Virus record (IMG/VR): IMGVR_UViG_3300031519_000170
Coordinates: 1-27,778 of that record
Source: a virus
Lineage: Duplodnaviria; Caudoviricetes
Length of the DNA stretch: 27,778 nucleotides
Reading direction: 5' to 3' (one strand)
In this document: in pieces, positions 18,801-23,707 of the stretch
Layout: every line of letters starts with the position of its first letter
Numbering within the stretch: the stretch's first letter is position 1
Made by a program: the position numbers and the translations under genes
The notes under the pieces: model-generated
What the model was told of the DNA's origin: nothing
The model's input: only the letters and a program-made list of their open reading frames with translations
Databases searched by the model: none

Positions 18801-19749
18801 ATACAACACCTGTAGAAGTTGTGTAATTTTTTGCACCAATAATATCTTGCTCAACATTAATAGTTGTTGCAGATGTTATAGTGTTAACATTTATTACACC
18901 GTGCATTGCAGTATGATTACCGCATTGATAATATAAAACGTTAGGCGCATCTGTTGGCACAATAAATTCAACTGTTCCACTGTCGGTGCCTGCATTAGTA
19001 ACTCCGGATGTGTATAATACAGATGTTGATCCATCAACATCTACTCCTGTTTTATATGGTTCCGTCATTATGTAGAACGGATGTCCTCCAGCGTTTACTT
19101 TAAATTTGTAGGTATTGCCTCTGTATAATTTAATAGTTGGATTGTTTACCCCAACACGTGTGCCAAAGTTGTAAGCGCCAGCCGCTAGGTTTACTACATC
19201 TATCTCAGTCACAGATCCTGTGCCTACTGAACTTACTGTTATTGGGTTTGGTCCTTCTGGTAACCAATAATATTCTCTATAGTTTATAAGTTTGTCAAAA
19301 TCTATTGCAGGATTCCAAGCATAAACTTTTTCTCTGTTCAGTCTATCATGATTGTCTGTCAGTCCACCAAAAAATTTAATCTGATTTATATAGTCATCGT
19401 ATGTGCCTGTAAATTTTATTCTGTCTTCTGGATTGACACTGTTTGTGTCTTGATCAGTGTATGTGACAGTAGGTTCCAGTTGATAATTTTTTCTATCTGC
19501 ACTGGTTGCAGGCAAATAGTTGTCTTTATCTGTGTTTCTTGTGTAAGCATACTCGCGACCAACAAAGCCGTCAAGTCTTTCCAAGTTGCCTGGTTGTATT
19601 AATTGATCTAAAGTGCTGTTTAAAAATCTTTCGTTAGCATCAGTTCTATAAAAGGCCGGTAAATGTGCAACTGTTCTTCGTACCATTGCGCCACTTTTAT
19701 CTTTGTATGTAACTTCGTTAAGTTGTGAATTAATTGATTGATCTGCCAT
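6856..19749 (-). CDS. Giant multidomain baseplate wedge / structural protein, 4297 aa (positional gp7-like)
   Basis: Follows gp6. N-terminal HLPAFYRT..N..FL..TLDQL and late YIKEVKPFHTKLR motifs resemble wedge gp7-type proteins. Contains a cupredoxin-like domain, a 7-blade FG-GAP-like propeller, GGSGY..P.V.I.GG repeats and multiple small beta-sandwich repeats. Confidence 0.75.
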   Translation of the reverse strand: MADQSINSQLNEVTYKDKSGAMVRRTVAHLPAFYRTDANERFLNSTLDQLIQPGNLERLDGFVGREYAYTRNTDKDNYLPATSADRKNYQLEPTVTYTDQDTNSVNPEDRIKFTGTYDDYINQIKFFGGLTDNHDRLNREKVYAWNPAIDFDKLINYREYYWLPEGPNPITVSSVGTGSVTEIDVVNLAAGAYNFGTRVGVNNPTIKLYRGNTYKFKVNAGGHPFYIMTEPYKTGVDVDGSTSVLYTSGVTNAGTDSGTVEFIVPTDAPNVLYYQCGNHTAMHGVINVNTITSATTINVEQDIIGAKNYTTSTGVVFSNGMKIKFGSNVTDLANYSGREFYIEGVGESITLTDTRDLITPETYADEVTEGYDTVQYDDRPYQISFFRPVTKDYILAKRSSLDQNAWSRYNRWFHKSVLEATATANGFTANLLEEDRAKRPIIEFDAGLALYNHGLVAKKSVALVDTVTTDAFSSIVNQTGYIVDGIALAEGMRVLFTADTDSLVNNKIFKVEFVTVGTNSVIALTEEADTAPTDGECVFTELGLNNQGNTYFYDSTTKTWTVGQTKTKVNQAPLFDMFDDNHVSFSNTTTYPNSSFTGAKVFEFQTSDNSVTDTVLGMKVKYKTINNVGDIVFSSDLSSGTFTYKSGEEFFTKTYGSGHVHYTTSLTTHNSKSSWIERTDQSKQRVIRTIIVNADEKKLFAIDSYKNSVSLSDLEVSVDVNNVRKDLTTDYTLANGTTNKYVKFSKDLDIGDLVRISTYSKTKKIDGIGLYEVPENLSTNPLNSQETEFTYGEVLNHLKDIKAKNINFTGATPGSSNLRDIPDVRTKGGTVLQHSAPLTAGVFTLIDKDANAIYALDYANLEYQKFKESFINETSGKSFEGDAREFVDQIIEKIVEDKSSSFPFFYEDMVGHGKNVTTRTYTVQDSSEVEYAIDSKQDMTTVSNRAVYVYLNNVQQVLGTDYTFSTTDDSITMSATIAVGDIILIKDYPDTAGSFIPPTPTKLGLYPKFKPESVTDNTYRTSKTVIVGHDGSRTIAFGDYRDDLLLELEKRIYNNCKTNYDATLLAETNVRPSLFSNTDYSIAEVDSVLSVDFYSWAGKNGIDWQTNTTFNDADAFTWNYNKAKDPISNNSLPGYWRGIFKLFYDTDRPHTHPWEMLGYSEKPTTWETNYGPAPYSAGNSVLWEDLASGYDRTTASTNTRFIRTSLADYIPVDDNGNLKSPVEIGIIKGNLARNTAEKWEFGDQSPSETAWRRSANFPFSVCKLLALTNPAKFFGLYFDNSRLTTNTSGNLVDSGTGVRQNLSDAKYHLETETDSLGAITVYKTAGYQTWIVNYLIKNNLDPATFFYDKLKNVNVQLAYKLGGFSDKANIKILTDSTSPGSTGGSQFVPDENFTVVFRTSNPVDTYDYSGVLIELNNTLSSDGSTLQGGFKVVGYNTIRPYFKIFEPIKNSSVTKITMGQADAIVYRNFDNTVKTVTYGTVFDTAQEVVDFLVGYGKYLESQGFTFDRFSNEIKEVINFETAAKEFLYWTNQGWQAGAAITVSPGADGFNLTTDNSIISKLSDARGEFSVLDSGGRTIAKSNLSSKRIGTTFTLSSKNSEIGIFNTSMNAVQKEHVLLFDNKTVFNDIIFELSTGFRQQRLKLVGWKTGNWNGDYYAPGFVYDEAKVSLWLANTNYEVGDTVEYDSKFFVSKVNHNSGAKFVFANWQKKDSKPVPQLIPNFDYKISQFNDFYNLETNNFDNNQQSLAQHLIGYQSRPYLENLFVNDISQYKFYQGFIRDKGTQTAIDRLLKAKFEDESLDIDTFPEWMIRVGEFGNVDGMKSIQIQMPDTTFTKNIQSIELLDSGTASYSRSAEVLADNLYQKPLDYTAANTFGTYNYTAQGFDREVPQKFKTAGWPRLQDVQHTAYSTSDLLNLDVATVKNNDLVWIARKDNTDWDVQRITSTGTSIKSMQSFNSDSQLLINFTLDHGFVKNDYVAIRNSQFADLNGVYQVSDILDSKSLIINYLNASRLGAGLSVLADGSTFDTYGDVYKFVSVRLTTMNDVNTLLSYDDYRDVDTVNKVNGDRIFVNNDGSDWKIYEKCDPYTLKVLNTPSTSNDQDFGYNIVAREDGRTLVVAAPTAGQGTIHFYFRNSSTAGTDFSIQNSLTMTDNDDTTSKLGHSLAISSDGNFVVAGAPYANALGNDGSTRFQNAGLIKTYIWEPTSFKFSELNTITGPADGSTELHNANFGFSVAIAEPTSSAVRTTTPKYLFVSAPGHLSDTGIVHMYTWQIGSDGSTYDTWTQNESILSPDADAGQRFGHKVKVNDNGDILAISSKSPGTAGKVEIFIRSGHSNDDSTTNSFVHAQTLTGAAADGSTFNNEFGLDIAMNNDGTKLFVSAPGHDKTNQADAGAVYYYKFNATDSTNIYTLQQTLEAPDLQTNMRFGSSLAVNHAGTRLAIGAERLGNSREMKFDSGATTFDLQDTSVVDDNIGSGGVYTATMYNTEFVIDDRLVTTHVDANDDFGRGVYITDKAVYVGSPEDDSSSAVTNDGTVTIFDLDNEGSFAWKTLVTETALIDNRKIKSAFIFNRSTNAIIDYLDYFDPIKGRIFGVADREINYKAEWDPAVYNVGLDTVTTDAKIAWGEEHIGEVWWDLSTARWTWYEQGTQEYKTEHWGQLFPGASIDIYEWVESIDAPATYFAKTDTVEGLADNISGSPKYNDNTVYSVKQKYDSASNSFVNYYYYWVKNSVFLPDPGRSVVTRKNTCAYISNIIQNPYNSGFKYFAVSDTNKLITFNVKNSLSNDNTVLNVDYATNDHEATKHTVWKLISEGDADERGTVKIESKWWDSLIGADSSGNAVPDLDLPLNRRYGTELRPRQSWYVNRFDALKEIIDYANTEIKKYEIANTISYTNLNKEDPQPTSTSGLWDGSVDTYLDLTYIETKDLSGTVNYLVKADEENSNGFWAIYQWDGSTWSRTKLQTYKTNAFYSFTDWYGTDLSIHEMIHNENTPIDAQVTYEYQLDTLDIAVGKHAKVTAADTGGWKLFMKTTTGWTKVGTENGTIQLSKKLYDYDIANTGYAGEDNFDTNFFDQEPSTETRNVLTALRDDIFIGELKVEYNNLLFVGLRKVLEEQLYVDWLFKTSFLNVKNNFRELIQRKTYTTGADSYVEEYIKEVKPFHTKLREYKVGYKKTETQDGLFTDFDNPAFYDSDTKQIRNIDADSVVDATRITEFPHKVWTDNYKKSVKTITLTAGGSGYITVPTVSIIGGAVENTGPFQILGRSTSGSTSGTYGYFYPLFSVQTKANIYDSQNGGTGTSTAFTFEEYSGATFYMPTAVQNTGISTNPFEFKMYETPDVTVATATAKISGGAVTTITLDTAGGGYTTTPTIIITGGGAGGITPTDSAKAYANLNNDLVRDIEISIAFDRIDQNAVVYEWAKSTSFAYGQLIRYNNELYKSTNAFTSSTKFDEGLGNLQKLRGNESFLTASARTLGLYTPESGMAGNDLTQLMEGIDYGGVMVTGLLFKEDQGWDRSPWYDTPWDNYGSSSVKTFYGDGSTVLYTFDTAPSSTDVYTVYFDGVRQTTEVFRGDGSTTELTLGTAPGNGVKVELILFDDDKVLTPTDDRTLDTLLTGGLFNSAVGISPSDILQDGDGFITPETSYAPEEQVPGQIFDTLDIKVYTTPESGVPFVVDKSHRGDGSTVTFDIGQQPATQAGVMVSLDGVHQNSRASDSTVNYTVDTQAKTITFTSAPKQSSVVNIKSFAVSGQNYIVLDTFTGDGSTATFKTSSRDTYALDSSLSQLYVTVDGVPTTQFTTTELNRTVSLTFNNAPASGKAIQIAGFNQDPSTRAFAQIISEDISYDTGTQTYTLDFPTGAIGPFAALTLVELNGILLRGPDNTYYSADGSTYIYSVTSQLSDGSTVDPAKTITSTAQLEVYKNGLKQILNTDYTVDLTNQTVDFTSVPIDGDVIAITTLIDNHYFISADLDLIIVPANISADGITLSTGSDLRVTTFNNALGMKQRREVLEGRTNGEIFLMNEPLNNDYVFVTLNSTKALVANYDYTLSGNKITIKGQTLATDDRIDVMYFALDSATNATGFRIFKDMLNRTFYKRISANNTTTLAVEVVPGDQNIIVGNGAILTQPDASSNQPGVVFIDKERIEYFTKSGNTLGQLRRGTLGTGIKTHASGASVVDAGGQQTVPYADTVSTKSYTGDGATVQFATTYAPSREEDLDIFIGGQRLLFKHETDDSTSVRGYSVDGSTANVTLTTAPATGTQIKIVQKRGNTWYNAGASTAADGNGLQSSTTQQAKFIAGEPTNAPE
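12120..13470 (-). repeat. Seven FG-GAP / integrin-alpha-like beta-propeller blades within the giant protein
   Basis: FGYNIVAREDGRTLVVAAP; LGHSLAISSDGNFVVAGAP; FGFSVAIA...LFVSAP; FGHKVKVNDNGDILAISS; FGLDIAMNNDGTKLFVSAP; FGSSLAVNHAGTRLAIGA; FGRGVYITDKAVYVGSP. Boundaries approximate. Confidence 0.8.
18880..19190 (-). other. Cupredoxin-like domain with His...Cys-x2-His-x2-Met motif within the giant protein
   Basis: NPTIKLYRGNTYKFKVNAGGHPFYI...FIVPTDAPNVLYYQCGNHTAMHGVINV; H223, C276, H279, M282. Confidence 0.7.
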
Positions 19750-19751
19750 TG

Positions 19752-22700
19752 CTAGTATCCCGATCCGCTACTGCCTGAACTAGATGATGAACTGCCTGAG
19801 CTATATCCAGATCCAGATGTTGTAGAGGTCACCGATGATACTGCTGATGTTGATCTTGACGTTGTTGTTGTATCTGTGGTTGATGTTACGACTGAGCCGC
19901 TGGATACCAACTGGTTGGCGCCTAAGGCATCAATTATCGCTATATCATCAACGGTGGCCCCACTGATAAAAATTTCATCGTCTGCTCCACTAATTTGGAA
20001 CAGTGAACCAAAACCTTGACTGCTTTGGTTTGGCACTATCACAACAGTAAGCAAGTCAGGTGCTAGTTGTTGGTGAATGTATGCCGCTAATTCTGTAAAA
20101 TAAAATGTGTCACCAAAATCAAAATTTGTAAGTGCAAAAAATTCATTCATTGCTTGAATTGTTCTTGTTTTAACAATTGCATTAGTAATGTTGGTTGACG
20201 GATTTTTAACAACCTTAAATGTGGCTTGGAATGCTTCATCTGCTTTTGTACCAAAAAGTATTTTGTATTTCACAGGATGATATACAATTTGATCTGATAA
20301 TCCTTTTACAGGATTTAATGAACCAGAATACGCTATTCTTAATTGGTCGGAAGTAGATGCAGTTGGTTTAACACCACCTTCTCTCAGCCAAGTTCTAAAT
20401 CTTGAATCGTATGTGCTTTCTAAAAGGTAAAGATCTATAATGTTGCTTACACTAGGATCAATTCTTGTGTCTTGGCCGGCGTTGTGCCTGTATTGGAAAT
20501 TTAAAGCACTTCTTCCTTTTCTTACAATGTAATCTGTAGTTGTTGTCAAAGTGATTGCTGTTGAATCATATTTTTTAATAATGTTTTCTGCATCGTCATA
20601 AAAATAGAAGAGTTGTCCGTCGGTGTACGATCCAGGCAAAGTAATGTCTGTTTCGTTTTGGCTTACAACAAAATTAGTTGATGCGTATGGTCTAAATCTT
20701 TCAATTTGATTATAGCTTAAATATTTTTCAAAGAAAACAAATTTTGTAGATACATTAGTAGTAGGTTCAACTATAATATCAAAAATATCAGGATTATCAA
20801 CTACGCCATCATCGTCAGAATCAAAAAATCCAACTTGCACTTTTCTGTTGTCTTGGTATCCGTCATCTTCTTCAACAGTGTCAACAATTTGCCAATCAAT
20901 CGGATAACCTATACCCAATGCTGTTGATAACACAGTGTTGTTTTTTAAAACAGTCACTTTGTCTTTTACAGACACACCTGTTGTGTAGTCATATATTTTT
21001 TCTGTTTTATCAAAGTGAAATTTGTTTTGTCCTTCAGATTCAAAATAATAAGATAGGGCTCTATAAGTTACAGTATAAGTGTTACCGTCATTAGTAAACT
21101 TAAACAACCAACTTTGATCTGAATTGGTTGAAGTAGCATTGCCTGCATTGGTCAAACTAAACACACTAGATGTACTTAGATTGGCACTTGTAATTACAAC
21201 ATACTCTCCTGATTCTTCATTGAATCTAAGACCAAATTCTTCATACGCATTTATTCTGTCTATCAAATCATTTTTCAAATTTGCACTAAAAGTGTTTGTG
21301 AATACTGGAAATATTGAGCTTATAACACTGTTTGCAGGAATAACATTGTTTAGAGTAACCGGACCAACTCCTGATTCTAAATTACCCTCTCCGTTGTTTG
21401 AACCATCACCTACAACAGCAGATACTTTTACCCATGCTCTGTCTTGTGCATTGTCAGTGCCTGCAGTAACAAGTTTTCCATTTAAAAATTCTCTAGTGTC
21501 TGGAGATGTTAACTTTATTAAAGCACCAACTTTTGCATATTTTAAATTTGAAGTTGCAAAATCGCCAATAGCTAATGGACCGCCTGCATTGAAATACCCA
21601 GTGTTAGTATTTGTACCGGTTGTTGTTGATACCCATGCGGCTCCTAAGGCACTTAAATCTTTAGTGCCATACTTAAAATAAAAGAAGTGTCTAGTGCTTG
21701 CTTCTTTCAGTTTATTTTCTACACTATTATTAATGGTTGATAATATTTCGTTTTGATTTGTAAAACTAAAACTAAAAGTTGGTGTTGTTTCTTCTCTGTA
21801 AAGTATACCGTCATCTGCGAAAACATTTACATTTGAATACGCTCCTGTTGGATCAATTATTTCTTTTGCTCTTGATATACCAGAGGCTGTACGGTTCACT
21901 GCTTTTACTTTTATTATTTCTTGTGATGCTGACAATGGCACAACATTGTAATCTTCTGCTGTGATCATTCTGTCTTGTGAATAATATACTTGTGGTGCTT
22001 TTTGCTTTATTGAATCGTTTGATTCTGTTCCTGCCGCATTGTAAATTGACTGCTGTAAATTTGCTGTAATTGTTAGCTGTTGTGGTGCACCATTTTTATC
22101 ATTGTAATCAACTGTCCAATTTATACCCGATAAGTCTGCTGGCTGTATGGAATATTTGGCATTGTCTGACACCCTGTAATATGTTCTAAAAGTACCAGAG
22201 GGTATAGTTGAAAAATTGCCATCTCCAAATACTAAATCAACTGTATCATTGTTTTTTGTAATTACGTTGTAAACATCTCTTTCGTCTTTGGCCAAAGAAT
22301 TGTAAATTGCATTGTTTCCAGATGTTGTAGGAACATCTTTCCATTGTTTTTCAATTTGGTTAAAATCATCAAGCTCGTATAACCATACGTCTGTATTGTT
22401 GATGTTGTTAGTATTAATAGTTTGTATATAATTTGTTGTAGGATTATCAACTGTAAATTCTGTATTTTGCAAGACACCCTGTTTAAAAAGTGTAAAAAAT
22501 CCTGTGTTGTTAGATGTATCTCCTGCGCCGTCTGTTCTGTATATGTAACTAAAAGGACCACCCGGTGTTGGAGTTCTTTCATATATTGACTCTGAGTCTT
22601 GTATTGTAGCAGGCACTATTTCAAATGCTCTATCAATGCCACTTACAGTTTTTCTAAATCCAAACATAGGCAAGTCTGTGTTGTTAGAATTTGCAGAATA

Positions 22701-23258
22701 AATTTCTGTTTTAATTCCACCAATGGTATCAGCTTCTTGTGGCTTGCCAAATTTTTGTCCTGCTGAATTAGCCGCATTTAAAATATTAATAAATTGTTCT
22801 CTATAATTTGCATTGGTACCGTCATTCCATACCACTGTCACATTGGATAAGTCTGTTCCTGAAGAATCTTTTACGTTCTCAGTAGTTGTTACAGAACTAA
22901 ATTTTAACAGTCCTGTTGCCGCCAAGTTTCTTTTGGCATTATAGTTGATTAATCTTGCTAATCTTAAGATTGAATTTCGTCTTTCAGCAGTTTCTAAAAA
23001 ATTTTCCCTAGCATTTAAATCAACTCTGAAAGAAAGTGATTGAGAAATGTATGCAATTAAATCTAAAAGTGCAACATACTCTGAGGATTCAATGTAATCA
23101 TTAAAATCGTCTGGATAATTTTCTCTAAGGTACGCTACCATTGTTCTACGAATGGTTTCAAAATCGTAAGATTTGAAATTTGCCTGTTGAAAAGAGGTGT
23201 AAATCTTACGCCAATCTTCGGCAACTAAAAGTCGGTTCTGTCTATCTGTTGTGGCCAT
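19752..23258 (-). CDS. gp6: Baseplate wedge subunit, T4 gp6-like (baseplate J family), enlarged, 1168 aa
   Basis: YDFETIR..MV.YL, LLDLIAY, ENFLETAERRNSILRLARLINY, LVFGDGNF..IP.G and ES.DSIKQKAPQVYYSQDRMITAEDY are hallmark gp6/GpJ motifs. Immediately downstream of gp25. Confidence 0.9.
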   Translation of the reverse strand: MATTDRQNRLLVAEDWRKIYTSFQQANFKSYDFETIRRTMVAYLRENYPDDFNDYIESSEYVALLDLIAYISQSLSFRVDLNARENFLETAERRNSILRLARLINYNAKRNLAATGLLKFSSVTTTENVKDSSGTDLSNVTVVWNDGTNANYREQFINILNAANSAGQKFGKPQEADTIGGIKTEIYSANSNNTDLPMFGFRKTVSGIDRAFEIVPATIQDSESIYERTPTPGGPFSYIYRTDGAGDTSNNTGFFTLFKQGVLQNTEFTVDNPTTNYIQTINTNNINNTDVWLYELDDFNQIEKQWKDVPTTSGNNAIYNSLAKDERDVYNVITKNNDTVDLVFGDGNFSTIPSGTFRTYYRVSDNAKYSIQPADLSGINWTVDYNDKNGAPQQLTITANLQQSIYNAAGTESNDSIKQKAPQVYYSQDRMITAEDYNVVPLSASQEIIKVKAVNRTASGISRAKEIIDPTGAYSNVNVFADDGILYREETTPTFSFSFTNQNEILSTINNSVENKLKEASTRHFFYFKYGTKDLSALGAAWVSTTTGTNTNTGYFNAGGPLAIGDFATSNLKYAKVGALIKLTSPDTREFLNGKLVTAGTDNAQDRAWVKVSAVVGDGSNNGEGNLESGVGPVTLNNVIPANSVISSIFPVFTNTFSANLKNDLIDRINAYEEFGLRFNEESGEYVVITSANLSTSSVFSLTNAGNATSTNSDQSWLFKFTNDGNTYTVTYRALSYYFESEGQNKFHFDKTEKIYDYTTGVSVKDKVTVLKNNTVLSTALGIGYPIDWQIVDTVEEDDGYQDNRKVQVGFFDSDDDGVVDNPDIFDIIVEPTTNVSTKFVFFEKYLSYNQIERFRPYASTNFVVSQNETDITLPGSYTDGQLFYFYDDAENIIKKYDSTAITLTTTTDYIVRKGRSALNFQYRHNAGQDTRIDPSVSNIIDLYLLESTYDSRFRTWLREGGVKPTASTSDQLRIAYSGSLNPVKGLSDQIVYHPVKYKILFGTKADEAFQATFKVVKNPSTNITNAIVKTRTIQAMNEFFALTNFDFGDTFYFTELAAYIHQQLAPDLLTVVIVPNQSSQGFGSLFQISGADDEIFISGATVDDIAIIDALGANQLVSSGSVVTSTTDTTTTSRSTSAVSSVTSTTSGSGYSSGSSSSSSGSSGSGY

Positions 23259-23272
23259 ACTGTTTGTATGAA

Positions 23273-23280
23273 TATTTATT
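23273..23280 (-). promoter_or_regulatory. Late-promoter-like AATAAATA in the longest intergenic gap, upstream of gp6
   Basis: Minus strand reads TAA TATACGCACTTTATATAATC AATAAATA TTCATACAAACAGT ATG. Confidence 0.6.
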
Positions 23281-23300
23281 GATTATATAAAGTGCGTATA

Positions 23301-23705
23301 TTAAGATAGGCGCAGAGTGCTATTTTCATCGAATGAAAAAGTCAGCTTCTCTACCACATTGTATGGTACAAATCTTATGGTTGCTTGTACTGATATCCCT
23401 TGTTCAAACTCTGAAACAATGATTTCTTCTGCTTGTAGACGTGGATCTGCATTTAAATTTGCAGTAACATCGTCTGCAATGGCTTGTTTTACACCTTCTG
23501 TTAATGGTTCAAACAAAACATCATAGATGATTGTGCCAAAATCAGGATTTTCAACTCGTTCACCTTTCCTTACGCTTAACCTGTTTATTAAATCTTGCTT
23601 GATTAAAGCAAAATCATACAGTTTGTAATTGTGTTGGTCTGCTCTTGAGCTAAACCCTTTAAAAGTTGATTGTCCAACAACGTATCTGTTATCTGCGTCT
23701 GCCAT
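23301..23705 (-). CDS. gp25: Baseplate wedge / sheath-initiator protein, T4 gp25 / GpW family
   Basis: LIKQDLINRLSVRKGERVENPDFGTIIYDVLFEPL...DPRL matches the family signature (GER...P.FG...LFEP...PR); 134 aa. Confidence 0.92.
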   Translation of the reverse strand: MADADNRYVVGQSTFKGFSSRADQHNYKLYDFALIKQDLINRLSVRKGERVENPDFGTIIYDVLFEPLTEGVKQAIADDVTANLNADPRLQAEEIIVSEFEQGISVQATIRFVPYNVVEKLTFSFDENSTLRLS

Positions 23706-23707
23706 AA

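Noticed and set aside
2416-22582. Short minus-strand ORFs nested out of frame (2416..2652, 4041..4223, 4258..4440, 5775..5987, 9705..9944, 18291..18539, 22262..22582)
   Set aside because: They lie wholly inside well-supported genes, with composition typical of alternative frames and no independent signals.
23282-23310. Sigma70 promoter based on TATAAT at 23282..23287 (minus strand)
   Set aside because: The -35 position reads CCTATC with no resemblance to TTGACA, and TATAAT arises easily in AT-rich DNA.
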